DNA of 61,459 bases, counting the filler. It is 4 parts of 4 records of this genome, joined end to end, with 100 filler letters (N's around TTAATTAATTAA, not from the genome) between each part and the next. Parts side by side here need not be neighbours in the genome. Positions count along the whole stretch, not along the records: positions 17,558 to 44,224 come from DRR378314_934; positions 44,325 to 56,142 come from DRR378314_938; 2 more parts are not named here. One strand, given 5' to 3'. The position numbers and the translations under genes were made by a program. The notes beneath the pieces were generated by a model, which did not search any database, had not been told where the DNA came from, and worked only from the letters and a program-made list of their open reading frames with translations. Positions 31,798-44,616 of the stretch are shown in pieces (position 1 is the first letter of the stretch; every line of letters starts with the position of its first letter).

Positions 31798-32428
31798 CTT
31801 TTTTCCGCTGCGGTGGCGTGTATAGCCTGCTGCACGGGTGCTGCGCATGGGCGAAAGTGCGAGCGACACGCGCGTGTACAGGCGCCGCCTTGCCTCCATA
31901 CAGGACTTGCCGCGCTCGCAGCTAGCCACCGCACCGCATATGCAAGTAGGAGCAGACACGGATTCTGTAGTTTAGACGAGTCGAGAGGGCGCATGCACGC
32001 GCTCACACGTACGAGACTCGCTGCAGTGCTTTAGAATTCTCGTGTATTTTCACGAAAGGAAATCCCTCTGCTCTCGGACAGTTTGTCCTGACGCAGGTAA
32101 ACTCGACAGTCTTCCCACAATGTTTCACCCCATACCGTACAACCCAATCCCACAAAAACAACAAGAGAGAGAAAAAAAGAATGCAACAGGGAAAAGTGCA
32201 GCGCGTGCGCGAACTTTTCCCGCGCTGGAGCGCCACCAGTGCTTCCAAAAAAAAAAAGAGGACAGGCGCAAAGCAAACGCACACAGCACGAGCGCCAGGA
32301 GCAGTCCACATGCAACAGACAGCAAACGCTCGCCGAATCGCCGGCCGCGAGCGACTTCCGATTCTGGCAATCCAGCAGCGACCAGTCGGCGCTGCATTGC
32401 ACAAGGGCCCTCACGGTGTGCGAGCAGC

Positions 32429-35400
32429 CTAACCGGAGCAGCTTGTGCACACTTCGTCGGTGCAAATCACCGGAATCGCAGACTGCGCTTTCTTCGCCAG
32501 CGGCCGCGCATTCTCCTTCGCCTCCTCGGTCCCCGCTTCGTTGCTCGCCTTGCTGCGCAGCTTGGATTTGTCGACGGTGAACTGGATAGCGTCGGCGGCG
32601 GGCTTCGTGCGCAAGTAGTACATGCCGGTCTTGAGACCCTTGCGCCACGAATAGAAGTGCATTGACGTCAGGCGAGCATAGTTTGGCTCCGCGACGAACA
32701 GGTTCAGGCTCTGGCTCTGGTCAATGTACGCGCCACGGTCCGCTGCAAGATCGATCAGCGAGCGCATCTTCAGCTCCCAGCACGTCCGATAAATCTTGCG
32801 GAGGTGCTCGGGTACCTCATCGACGCCCTGGACAGAGCCACGGTTCGCAATAATGCGGTTCTTCAGGTCGTTGTTCCACAGGCCGAGCTCCGTAAGGTCC
32901 TTCAACAGGTGCGGATTCACGACAGTGAACTCGCCGGCAATCACGCGGCGCGTGTAAATGTTCGATGTGTACGGCTCACACATCTCGTTGTTCCCGAGAA
33001 TTTGCGACGTGGACGCTGTCGGCATCGGCGCGAGCAGCAGCGAGTTGCGCACGCCATGCTCGGCAATCTTTTCCTTAAGCTCCGCCCAGTTCCACAGGTC
33101 TGTCGGCGTCACACCCCACATGTCGTACTGCAGAATTCCCTGCGACACCGGCGACCCTTCGTACGTCGAGTACGGCCCGTGCTCCGCTGCGAGCTCGCAC
33201 GACGCCTCGAGCGCCGCATGGTACACGGTCTCGAAGATCTGGCGATTGAGTAGCTTCGCCTCGTCGCTATCGAAGGCGTAGCCCATCATGATGAACGCAT
33301 CGGCGAGGCCTTGGACACCGAGCCCAATCGGACGGTGCCGCATGTTCGAATTGCGCGCCTCGGGGATCGGGTAGTAATTGATGTCAATGACCTTGTTGAG
33401 ATTGCGCGTCATGACCTTGACCACCTTGTGCAGCGTCTTGAAATCGTACGAGACGTGCACCTCGTTGGGGTGCAGGCGCACGCTCTGCCCCGCGTTCCCG
33501 CCGCTGGTGACGACAAACTTGGGCAGCGAAACCGACGCCAGATTGCACACTGCCGTCTCGTCCGCCGCGGTGTACTCAATGATCTCCGTGCACAGATTCG
33601 ACGACTTGATCGTCCCCAGGTTCTTCTGGTTGCTCTTCTTGTTCGCCGCGTCTTTGAAAAGCATGTACGGAGTGCCTGTCTCGATCTGCGAGTCGAGGAT
33701 CGCAAACCAGAGCGTCTGCGCGCGTACGGTGCGGCGGGCGCGCCCTTCGCGCTCGTAGCGCGCGTACAGCTCTTCAAACTCGTCGCCGTACACTTCGAAC
33801 AAACCAGGCGCTTCGTTCGGGCAAAACAGCGACCATTCGCCGTCTTCGTGCACGCGCTGCATAAACAGATCCGGGACCCAGAGCGCGTAGAACAGATCGC
33901 GCGCGCGGTTCTCTTCGGCGCCGTGGTTCTTGCGGAGCTCGAGGAACTCGAACACGTCCGCGTGCCACGGCTCGAGGTAGACGGCGAACGCGCCGGGGCG
34001 CTTGCCGCCGCCTTGGTCGACGTAGCGCGCAGTGGAGTTGAACACGCGCAGCATCGGGATGAGTCCGTTTGACATCCCGTTCGTGCCGCGGATATACGAT
34101 CCCTTGGCGCGGATGCAATGGGCTGCCAGGCCGATCCCGCCGGCAGTTTTGGAGATCATGGCGCAATCGCTCAGCGTGGAGTAAATACCCGAAATCGAGT
34201 CGTCCTTCATGGCGAGCAAGAAGCACGAGGAAAGCTGTGGCACGGGAGTCCCCGAATTGAACAGCGTGGGCGAGGCGTGGATGAACCACTTCTCGCTCAT
34301 GAAATTGTACGTTTCAATCGCTGCTTCGATGTCGTCCTTGTGGATACCTACCGACACGCGCATCAGCATATGCTGCGGCCGCTCCGCAATCTTCCCGTGC
34401 AGCTTCAGCAGGTACGCGCGCTCAAGCGTCTTGAACCCAAAGTAATCGTAGCTGAAGTCGCGATCGTACACAATTGCCGAGTCAAGGCGGTCTTTGTTCT
34501 GTTGCACAATCGCATACACGTCATCAGCGATGAGCGGTGCCTTTTTGCCGCTCTTCGGGTCGACATACTCGTACAAATCCGTGACCACTTCCGAAAACAC
34601 CTTTTTCGTGTCCTTGTGCAAGTTTGACACCGCAATGCGCGCCTGCACGTCGCACGCCGCATCAAAGAAGGGGCAAACGACAAAAAGAAAAAAGAATCGT
34701 AAGGGCGAACGACAAAAAGAAAAAAAAGAATCGTGTGTGCGAACAGGATCGAGTTAGCCTACCCAGGCGGAAAGAGACAGCCCCGCGCCGTTTAGGCCAC
34801 GCTAGTGCCTAAGCGCTCCTATGGCTGCATTGCAGTGAGCTGCTCGCCCACGCGAATCCGTCGCTTCCGTGCGGCTCGGCCCGACTTTTCCGAGTCTACG
34901 CGCAGCGCGACGGGAGCAATGCAGCACAGTCCACTCCGCTGATCGACGCTATCATCCATGAGCACAGGAGACGATACAGAACCCAGCCGTGAAGTATTAC
35001 CAGGAGCTGAAGCGGACCGATGACGGACACAACGGACGTACCGCAAGCACAGCGTAGTCCGGGTGCTGCGTGGCCATGTACGCAGCAGTCTCCGCAGACA
35101 GGTTGTCAAGCTCAGTAGTCGACACGCCAGAGTACACACCTAGAAAACGCCCATTCCACACCATGAAAGGGAAAACATACATGCTCACACACGTAAGACC
35201 GTCTGCTGTACATGAAAATCGCGCCAAACGGCACTGCACGGGCGCTAAAACGTACTCTGGGCTCGCTAAGATCCCGGCTCACACAGCGCAGGTTTCTGCA
35301 ACAGTGGGTATATTGGCGGTATTGCAGAGAGTATGCACCCCAGACAACGCGCGCGACTTGCTCTCGTGGGCAACACGCGTACTCTTTCGCCAGGGAACCG

Positions 35401-36352
35401 CGCAAGCAAGGCACCGAAAGGCGCCGCTGGTCTACAGCGCGTTCTTTGTGACACCCCGAAACACCGGAAGATCCATACGGGCTTCCATGGGCGGTAGACC
35501 AGCTTGTGCAACACGTGCCCGCGCCAGAGCCTACCGCGAACCGGGAGCGAGGTGCGCATTTCCGCGCGCGCGCGAAAATAGTCGCCGCACCAACCCTCGC
35601 GCGACCCCCCGGTCAGCCATGACCCGAAGACTACGACGCGCAGGCACGAAAGGGGACACGCGGTCTTTCGCGCGCGCGGGAAACGTTCAGACCGTTCGTC
35701 CCTTCCCACGTTGTGACGCGACGCACGCGAGCACGATCACAACCATGAAAAAGACGTGTTTTAGCGCTTGCTCAAGGGATGCTACTCAATAGAGGAGAAA
35801 AGGGCCGAAAGACGGCTCTATTCGCACGGCGTTCTCACTGCAAGCATTCTCCGCGCGCCCAAGGCACCTCTCATGTCGGAGCTCGCAACCGCGAATAACC
35901 GAGCCACCACCAGAGGCCAAGGCAGGTACCACTGGCGCTCTCACACCACCGAGTTTGACTCCAAAGATGCGCCCCGGCCCCGCAACACAAGGATGTGCCC
36001 GCTCTACTCATACCACTTGCTTTCCTAATGTATTTCTTCTATCGCTGGATCTTCTGTGCACACGCTAGGCGTTGGCGCCGCGACAGCGCGCTCCATCGAC
36101 TTCGGCAGTATGCCGCGGCGGCGCTGCAGTGTCCCGCCGCGGGCGAAGCCATGGCGGCAAGTGCGCTGCAGTGCAAGAATCCACACCCGCAACAGTGCAT
36201 GAACACACAAACGCACCTTGCACGACCTTTTGCGCTACAGGAACTGGATCAACAAAATCCATGTTGAGACCATAGCAAAGCTTGCTGATACGCGCAGTGA
36301 TCTTGTCGAACATCACCGGCTCGCGGCGACCATCGCGTTTGACGACGAACAT
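32429..36352 (-). CDS. RNR1: Ribonucleoside-diphosphate reductase large subunit (class Ia, eukaryotic), 3 exons
   Basis: Exons 36217-36352, 35042-35139 and 32429-34642 join in frame; ATP cone VVKRDG, QLSSC, SNLCTEI, VCNLAS, PTASTS, GMYYLR and C-terminal CTSC. Confidence 0.97.
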
Positions 36353-37941
36353 GGCGGGAAGTGAGGACGGAACTTGGCGCCGAAGGCGGGACAAAAGGCA
36401 GTCAAGCAACTACCGAATCGAAACAGCGCTCACGTTGGCGCTGACAGAGCAGAAGGGCGCTTGTAGAGCAGCTCAACACGTCCAAAGTGGAGGGAGTAGA
36501 AACGCCTGTACAGCCACGAGATTAACATTGCCCGAGACCCACCATCCCCGCAAACGTATGCAATTTCGTTAGCAGGGTAACCAGCGGGTATATAGGATAG
36601 CTGGAGGATAAACGCAGCCGCAGGGAAGCAACTACGGCCGTGGCCATGCAGGGCGCGCCAGGCCATCCACCGCCAGCTGATTTTGGCGCGCAACGCGGCT
36701 CGTTGCATGGGTGTCACACACTGTCAGAGCCCTCTACGAGCTCCTGCACGGCCGCCCCGAGGCTCCAAGCACGCCTCAAACTCGTACACGTCTTAAAGAT
36801 TTACTTTCTGTTCTTGCGCATAAGCTCATCTTTCGGCAAGGCGAGGAACTCGCCGAGCAGGCTACTCCACACCGCACTACATGCGCACGCGAACAGGCGT
36901 TGCCGACCATACCTGCGTGCACTCGCGTCAGCTCGGCGGGAAAATTGCGATGCGCCCCGCGACAGCCGCAAGAGCACCTCAAGTCACATTCCGCCTTCGG
37001 CGATGATATCGAAATCGCGTTCAATTCATCATTGTATCCAAGAGACTTCCCACACGCAACCTGTGCGACAACGCTTGGACAGTGTTGCCCCGCGCTCTCA
37101 GTGCAATAGGGTAGCCGACGTCCTTGTCAAATAGGGCCAATATCACGTCCTCTTCCGTGCTACCGTGCAAAACGTGCGTCCCAAAACGTAATCCGCAACC
37201 CTGAACACCGCTTGAGACGTGGCAAGGCGCATCTTGCACACACATCGATTGAGGCAAGAAAGCACGGCCTTGCAAGCGCTCGGCAAAGCAGGAGCCACGA
37301 GCGTACGTGGTGCAGCCGTCCTCCGCGGCACCTGCGGTCCGGCAACGTGCGCCTCATCACCCTCCCCGTCTGTCGCAAAGTTGCCACAGCTGTAAAGAAT
37401 TCCAATACAGTGCACCACATGCAAACTAGTACAGAAGCAAAAGGGGAGCTTCAGGCGCGTCAGTCACCGCAAGTCCCAACTGCGGTTCTCGTCCGGAACG
37501 CGCTCGCGGGGTGCTGAGCACTTGCACACCTGCGCAGCGGAGAGCTGCTTTGCTGGGTGACTATACCTCCCATTGCACAACACAGCGGGAAGTGACGAGG
37601 AGCGCTGCGGAGGACCGGAGACTCCCGCACACTGCGCGGCGACGCGTGAAAAGCAGTGTGCTCCCTCTGCGTTGCATTTGCGTACGGGGAAAGTGGTATT
37701 GTGCGCTGCATTCTACGTTGCATCTTCCCCCACTATCGGCGTCGCTGACGATTTCTCTGACTGGCCTTGTCGCCTGCCACAGATACCACGACGACGCCAC
37801 AGCGTTTGGCACTCGGTCAAAGCAGGACACTTGCGCTGCCGCGCAGCCGCAGCTGCTCGTTGTACGAAGGGAGGCGGCGAACTTCATTCGATTTGCCGTT
37901 ACCTTTCATCCCAGCACGAGTCCTACAACAATCCACGAATT

Positions 37942-40900
37942 ATGAGCAGACTTTGGCAACGCGTCCGTGGGCTCGTCGATCGGCTGGGTGCGCGCCACTT
38001 CGAGCGACGCTTCGACCACCGTGAGCTGCAAGAGGAGATCGATGTGCTGCGCGCGGCGCTGTGCACAACGCACGCGCGTCTCCTTCGCCCGGAATCCGCC
38101 CCCGCGCACCTCGTGCACGAATGCATGCGAGAGGTACGTTGCTCATATCTACCTCGAACACATTTCGTATCCCATACGCAAACCTGCATACAGTATTCGA
38201 ACGCCCTGCCGCCGAGGTAGCCCGGCCTGCAGATCTCCCACGCCCCGCGGCGCGCACGGCGAGCACGGACGGAGCGTCTTCGTCGCCCAACTCCCGCTGC
38301 GCCACGCGCGAACGAGCTCGCCACACCGTGCCGCGCAACTCTGATGGTTTTTCATCATGTTGAATGATATTTGGTATCCTACTGCGCTCCAAACGCATAC
38401 GCAGAGTGCAAACGGCCGTGTTCTTGATGTAGCGCGCATGCGCGAGTTCTTCAGCGACATGTCGCCGCAAGATCGACGAGACCTCGTGCAAGAGAACCTC
38501 AGCTACGCTCTGAACGCGGTTCTGGAGTGTGTGGACGACACGCTGCGCGCAGGTGAGTGTGCGCTGCGCATTGCAAACACGCGCGCAAATAGCGCGAGAT
38601 ATCGACGTTATTCATGATTCACGATCTTGGAGCACACGGGGTGCGCCTGTACGCGGTAATTGAAGCCTGCGCGCCTTTTCGTTTTTCCTGTTGTAGCGGA
38701 GCCTTCCACGTCGACCTCGGGTGAGGAGCGGAGCGCGAGCGACGTGCGCACGGACATGGATCCAGACGGCGCCCCGAGAACGCGTCCTCCGATTACCGCG
38801 CGCAACCTCGCACGTCAAATCACCTCATCCCTACGGGAGAATCAGGTGCGCTGGCTGCCTGTAGCGCGCCCCATGTCTGCGCCAAGCACCACGTATGTAG
38901 AGCATAGTGGCGCCACGGCTCGTGCGCTGGGGCGAACGCAACGCTTCCGCACACTCCGTGCTCTGCGCTGAACAAGCGAGGCGATTCTCTCGAGGAAGCT
39001 CGCAAAGTGCCGTAAAGCACGACGCATCATTTTGCTATATTTTCACGACACAATATTTTCACTCTTGTTGTGACGAACTTCGCCTGTGCAGGGATTCGCC
39101 CTGGAGGTGGCAGAGTCGGGGATCTGCGGCGCAGGCCGCGGCGTGTTCGTGCGCGGCGCGGCGCGCGCTGGAGCTCTGCTCACCCTGTATCCCGGTACGG
39201 CCACGAGCAAGCGAACCGCGCCCCGGCCCCCGCATCCAGCCCGGAAGAGCTGTTGTCTTTAAGCATTGGATAAATTACTAGACGAAAGCCCTTGCACATC
39301 CCGCCTCCATTTTGGTCTCCTCTACTCTACGCGCCGCACTGCCGTCGAATCGCCTCCGAGAGCGGTGTTAGAGCAGTGTGACGCTTTTGTACGCTCACAT
39401 GGATCCGTGCGCTGTCCTGCAATCCTTGCTGTTCGACTTCGCGCAGGAATATTCTACACCCCGCGACACATTCGAAAGATTCCTGGGTTTCCGCGCGTTT
39501 CACATTCGTATTTAGCCTCGCGGTTCGACAGTACCGTGATCGATGCAAGCAGCGTTGCGAGCCAAATCTCGCTCGGCAGCGCTTCGAGCGCGCCGTATCC
39601 GCTCGCGCTCGCGCACCTCGTCAATCATCCGCCGCGCGGCGGACTGCCCAATGTGTGGCCCGTAGCCCTCGACATCGAAGCGGTGCGTTTTTATCGTAGT
39701 ACCCACTCGACAAACGCCATTAGTGCCGTCGATCTACCACCGCGTGTGATTGGATTGGTTCGATGGTGAACGTGGAGCGGTGCGACGATGTGCGCAGAGT
39801 TCGACACGCCGCCGCGATTCGGATTGGTTGTGGAGGGATTACATCTGGATGTCGCCGGGAAGGCAGTGCCGTGTCCTGGGTTGCGTTCGTTCTCGCACTA
39901 ACTCATCCATCGTGCACTGTGCTCTCCGCTCTCGTCCTTACGCTTCAGAATACTGTACCATCGCACTTGCACTATCTCATTCCTGTCGCCGCGCACACTG
40001 AAACAGACTGCCCTGAGCTTACGTGTCTTGATGCGCTTTGGAAGGCGCGAGAGAGGTGCGGTGTGCGATGCTGTGGCGCGCAGCGGTTTTCCTTTCGGGT
40101 CGTGCGGCTCCCGCGCGCGCGGGACTGTCGCGCCGGCTTGCGGGGGCGAGAAACACGCCACACGGCGGCTTGCGCGGAGAGTGACCCGTATACCTGTAGT
40201 GGCAAGCTACGCGTTTATACTGAATCGGACTATCTCCTCGTTCTCCTTTACTCTCGTAATTTTCATGCACAATGATTGTGATCGCTTCGCGCTCTCGCTG
40301 TCTTTTGCTCACGATCCAGTCGTCGCCCTATGAATCGCGAGTCTGGGGCGGGTATCACATCGCTACTTCGCGGCGGGAATCACGCGCCGCGACGTCTTCC
40401 TACGGTACGAAATGTGATGCAAGAGAATCGCCCGTACTATCAGAATTAGAATACAGTATTTGCACACGTGTGTGCAATGAAACTCGCTGAAGGCCGGAGC
40501 AGAACCGCTGTGCAATGCGCTATCTGCATTGGCAGCAGAAGAAGTATATTATTCCCCAAGAGAGAGGATGATGTGCACAGGAACGCTTTTTCGTAGATCA
40601 CATCCAAGAGCATGCTTAGCGTGAGCTTGGCCATATTCTTTCTCTATTGCGCATACACTCTGATCGCTACGTTGCACAAATGCGCGCCATGCTGCGGAAA
40701 CTGCATCCCCTTCGCACAAAGACGGAGATATACGATAATCGCATCCGACTTCCTGGGGAACTCCGCCCGCTCTATCTGTCTCTGTTGCTCCTCGCATGAC
40801 CTCCAAGTTCGTCAAATGGGTGTTTTCTACGTGTCCTTCCTCTCATTTTTTTACTTTGTACTCTCCATCTACTACTTCTGTTTCCGATTGCGCTCGCAGA

Positions 40901-41320
40901 TGGCGCTGATCGCGAATCGCGACTTGGAGGACGGCGAGGAGCTGCTGCTGAACTACCGTTACAACCCCGCTGTGGATGCCCCAGCTTGGTACGAAGCCTC
41001 GTGTTCGTCCACACCTCGCACGATCCATCGCTTTCCAATGATGTTCGCCCAGAGAAGCACAGGAGCAGTACAAGCGCTTTCGGTGCTAATCCGCTTCGCC
41101 ACATGGTGGCCCTATGTTCTGGCGAGTGACGCCGAACTCGTTCTGCCACTGTTACCCCCCGCGCTTATTTGTTGATCTGTTTGCTTGTCGGTTTTTTTTC
41201 TTTCCCTTGCGACCTCGGGTACGCAGGTATACGAGTGTAGATCCAAACGAGGACCAGCGTCGCTGGCGAATGCCCACCATGTCCGATACGCCGAAGCCGG
41301 CGCGAGAGCGCACCGAGTAG
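37942..41320 (+). CDS. SET domain protein, SETD9-like, multi-exon
   Basis: Exons 37942-38133, 38405-38552, 38697-38845, 39092-39194 (GAGRGVFVRG...LYPG), 39447-39682 (LALAHLVNHPP...PNV), one from 39949, 40900-40988 (LIANRDLEDGEELLLNY) and a last exon ending 41320; the middle exons are not fully resolved. Confidence 0.8.
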
Positions 41321-41930
41321 CGCGCGAAACCAAGGCCTTGCCCCAAGCACGTCATGATCGCCCAGCATGTACAGCGTACCTGCGAATGCCGAGTCACGCG
41401 ATTCCCAGCCAGTGCATGCGCAGGAAAGCTCGCTGCGGAGCCCGTTCGCGGCGGCGGAGCGTGTGCGTCATACATGCGAAATGCCACATGGCGGCGATGT
41501 GCGATTCTTCGCGCGAGCGCTCGCCGCGCTGACACCGTGCACGAAGCTGGCAGCCGTTCCGCGCCACCGCATAAGCAATTCCAAACGCTGGAGCGCGCCG
41601 ACTGTACCCGAGACTTCTATAGCTCACACGTACCTCCACCCCGCTCCCCGTGCCGCGAATTCCTTTCGTTTGCGAAACCAAGCCCCGAAGGAAGCTCGGG
41701 AGTGCCGCCCCTGCACGCACAGTCACCTTGGTCGCTGACGGAGCTCAAACGAAAGGAAACACCATCAACCTAGATCGATAACCGTGTGACCAGCGGTGCC
41801 TGCGTGCGATGCGCGCGCATCCGACTGGCGAGCAGCGCCGCACAGGCGCTTTGCCCAAGGAAAAGCGCTGGAGCGCATACGTGTTCTTCTGAGCAAAGTG
41901 CTGCGCGTGCGGGCTCAGCACGTGAGAATC

Positions 41931-42632
41931 ATGCCGCGTCGGCCCGCTGCATCGGGCTGCCGCGCTGCGCTGGCGGTGGCGTCGCGCGGGCGCGAGCTGC
42001 AGAAGCAGCGCGAAAGCGCGGAAGCGCTGCACCAGGCGGTGTGCGCTGCGCAGTCCACGCCAACGCACATCGTCGAATCCAAAGGGCGACGCGTGCGCTT
42101 TTTCTGCAGCGCATCAGCGCTTCGCGAGTGGCTTCGTGAGCACGGCGAGCAAGAGCGCGAGCTTTGGGTCGGCTTCTACCGCAAGTCCCATCCGCGACAC
42201 GCGTTCCCGGTGTGCGACGCCGTCGACCAGGCACTCGCGTTCGGCTGGATCGACGGCGTTCTGCACAAAATCGACGACACTCGCTATGCAGTCCGAATTA
42301 CGCCACGTCGCAAAAACAGCAACTGGAGCGCGGTCAACGTCGCACGTTATCACGGGCTCCTTGCTGCGGGCGAAGTGGAGGAGCCCGGTCGAGCCGCCTT
42401 CGAAGCGCGCGACCGCTCGGTGTCTGAAGACACGCGCGCAGCACTCTCCCCAGCGCTCGAGCGCGTCTTCCGGCGAAATAGCGCGGCCTGGTCGTTCTTT
42501 TGCGCGCAGCCGCCTGGATACCGGCGCCGCGCAGCTTGGCATGTAATGAGCGCCAAGCGCGAGGAGACGCGCCTCTCGCGGCTGCGTGCGCTCGTTGCGA
42601 GCTCAGCGCAGGGACGACGGCACGAGCGGTGA
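41931..42632 (+). CDS. YdeI/OmpD-associated (OmdA, bacteriocin-protection) family protein, intronless, with N-terminal extension
   Basis: Motifs LREWL, ELWVGFYRK, AVDQALAFGWIDG, TPRRKNSNWSAVN, AWSFF..QPPGYR and SAKREETR..RL; first in-frame ATG at 41931. Confidence 0.88.
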   Translation: MPRRPAASGCRAALAVASRGRELQKQRESAEALHQAVCAAQSTPTHIVESKGRRVRFFCSASALREWLREHGEQERELWVGFYRKSHPRHAFPVCDAVDQALAFGWIDGVLHKIDDTRYAVRITPRRKNSNWSAVNVARYHGLLAAGEVEEPGRAAFEARDRSVSEDTRAALSPALERVFRRNSAAWSFFCAQPPGYRRRAAWHVMSAKREETRLSRLRALVASSAQGRRHER

Positions 42633-43099
42633 AGGCGGCGCTCGCGCTCGCGCGCACAGCGGTACATCGTCGGCGCCTTCGACGCGCAGCTGTGGCTGCA
42701 GCAGCTCAATGGCGTTGCTTTCGGGTAGAAATAACTAGCAATACGTGCTTTGCCTCTGTGTGAGTGGTAGCGCTCGCGAGCTCGCGCCGGCGAGCGTGAA
42801 ACGGACGGAACGTGCGACGCAGTTTACCTTGTCCCCGCGAAGCACTTGTTTCATTGTCTTCATACGCCGTCCGTTTTGTATAGTTCTGGGAATAAATGAC
42901 TCTACGCTGTCACTCTCGTCTGCTTTGTCGCGTGCCGGGCGAGCGGGAACGCACGTCGCTCTGTGCAGTGCGCAGAGGAGCGCTGTGCGGAAACCAGGTC
43001 AGCCTGCCACAGGCGCAGTGTGCTTCTCGCGTACTACATTTGCAACAAACATGCCCCGCAGCACATTCGGCGCGGACACAAACGGGAACAATCGCGCGC

Positions 43100-43558
43100 T
43101 TATTCTGTCTCCTTGAACAGCTCGCGACCGATCAGCATGCGGCGAACCTCGGACGTGCCAGCGCCGATCTCGTACAGCTTCGCGTCTCTGCACCACAACC
43201 ACGAGTCGCGTAACCCAGGCGAAACATATCGCAGCAGAGGCGACGAAATACGCGCATCAGTGCATCAAATATGACCGGCGTGTGGCCGTGGAGTCGAAAG
43301 TAGAGTGCTGAATTCTATCCAAACGTTGAGGTCTCCGCAGAGGAAACGAGCTCAGCATTCCGCTCTGCGCCAGAGCGCGAGGAATCAACCTCCTGAGCAA
43401 CGCTTAGAGCGCGTGAAATAGGCGCGAATGAGGGCCAAGTGACCACTCGGGGAAGCCGCGGAATTCAGCTGCCGGACACTGTACCTGAGAATGCGGCCGG
43501 TGGGATAATCGTTGATGTACCCGTTTCCGCCAAGAGCCTGAATCGCTTCCAGTGCGAC
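43100..43558 (-). CDS. IVD: Isovaleryl-CoA dehydrogenase, last two exons (the rest lies beyond the contig end)
   Basis: Exons 43485-43558 and 43100-43187 give VALEAIQALGGNGYINDYPTGRILRDAKLYEIGAGTSEVRRMLIGRELFKETE. Confidence 0.92.
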
Positions 43559-44193
43559 CTGCGGAATCACAAACAGCAACACCGCGTGAGAACGGCAGAG
43601 AACAGTCTTCCAATACTCGACAGCTCACTCGCCAGAAGCCAAAGAAATGCAAGATTTTAAGTTATGCACGCGATAGCACAGTAGCATCAAAACTCAAAGA
43701 CATAAAACAAATGAATGTGCAAGGAAAACCAAGAACAGAAGCACTTCAACCCAAAGGAAGAAGGAAATACGCGGAACGTCGGGAAGACGCAACGGGATAG
43801 CAAGAACGGGCGCCGGTCCGAAGTACAAGAGACGTCACCAACACGACAAACCACAGCGCAAGCAAACAAAAAAGCAAGGAAACAGCGAGCGATTGTGAAA
43901 AAAGGACTAGATAATCGATCGAAAAAGTATCTGTGACAGAAAAGGAGCCACTGACAAGGAATCGAAGTGACCGATTTGGATGAAAATGCTTTCCCAAACA
44001 AACACTAGCTTGCAACCATTTCAAACAAGCAAAGCCAAACGCAACGCGGCAAAGACATCAGAATAGTGGAAGATGAAGCATACGGAACTACATGCGAGTA
44101 CAGAATGGCAATTTGGTTCACGCTTCTATATCATCCGCGGAAAAGAAGAGACTTTGAACTCTAAATTAGCTCCTGTTTGAACTGACAAAGAAG

Positions 44194-44224
<31 letters not shown>

Positions 44225-44324
44225 NNNNNNNNNNNNNNNNNNNNNNNNNNNNNNNNNNNNNNNNNNNNTTAATTAATTAANNNNNNNNNNNNNNNNNNNN
44301 NNNNNNNNNNNNNNNNNNNNNNNN
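44225..44324. other. Artificial contig linker (N44-TTAATTAATTAA-N44)
   Basis: Identical to the linker at 17458-17557. Confidence 0.97.
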
Positions 44325-44383
44325 ATTGGAGCATTCCAACTCTTAGGTAAACCGGTAGTTTCAGTGTCAAAAATTAAATACAT
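44325..44383 (-). CDS. dnaE: N-terminal fragment of a DEDD exonuclease domain protein, probably the Flavobacteria-type DNA polymerase III alpha subunit
   Basis: MYLIFDTETTGLPKSWNAP (ExoI motif DxETTG), divergent from rpsP; only 19 codons visible. Confidence 0.7.
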
Positions 44384-44540
44384 ATATATGGTTTTTCTAC
44401 GGTGAATTAAGGATAGTAAAAGTACATATTTATCTTATTAATAAACAAAGAGACTTGAGGTGTTTTATCAACAAAAGGAAACTTCTTTTTCAATAAATTA
44501 ATTCCTTGATTATAATTATTTTAATTCTAGAAAAAAGTCG

Positions 44541-44548
44541 TACATTTG
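44541..44548 (+). promoter_or_regulatory. Bacteroidota sigma-70 -7 element of rpsP
   Basis: TACATTTG matches TAnnTTTG, about 70 nt upstream of the rpsP ATG. Confidence 0.75.
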
Positions 44549-44554
44549 CGCCCA

Positions 44555-44601
44555 CTTAGCACGAGATGCTAGGATTTTTAATAACCGAGGTCGAGAACCT
44601 C
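44555..44601 (+). promoter_or_regulatory. Candidate ribosomal protein S16 leader RNA (twin hairpins)
   Basis: TAGCA-CGAGA-TGCTA (44557-44571) and GAGGT-CGAGA-ACCTC (44587-44601) in the 5' UTR. Confidence 0.7.
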
Positions 44602-44616
44602 AAAAAATTAACAAAA

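Noticed and set aside
30745..31959. 404-aa minus-strand ORF
   Set aside because: Antisense to FKBP12 exons and introns, with no recognisable domain.
32429..34648. RNR as a viral or phage marker, or as an intein carrier
   Set aside because: Spliced eukaryotic gene with an ATP-cone exon upstream; no intein-sized insertion and no viral neighbours.
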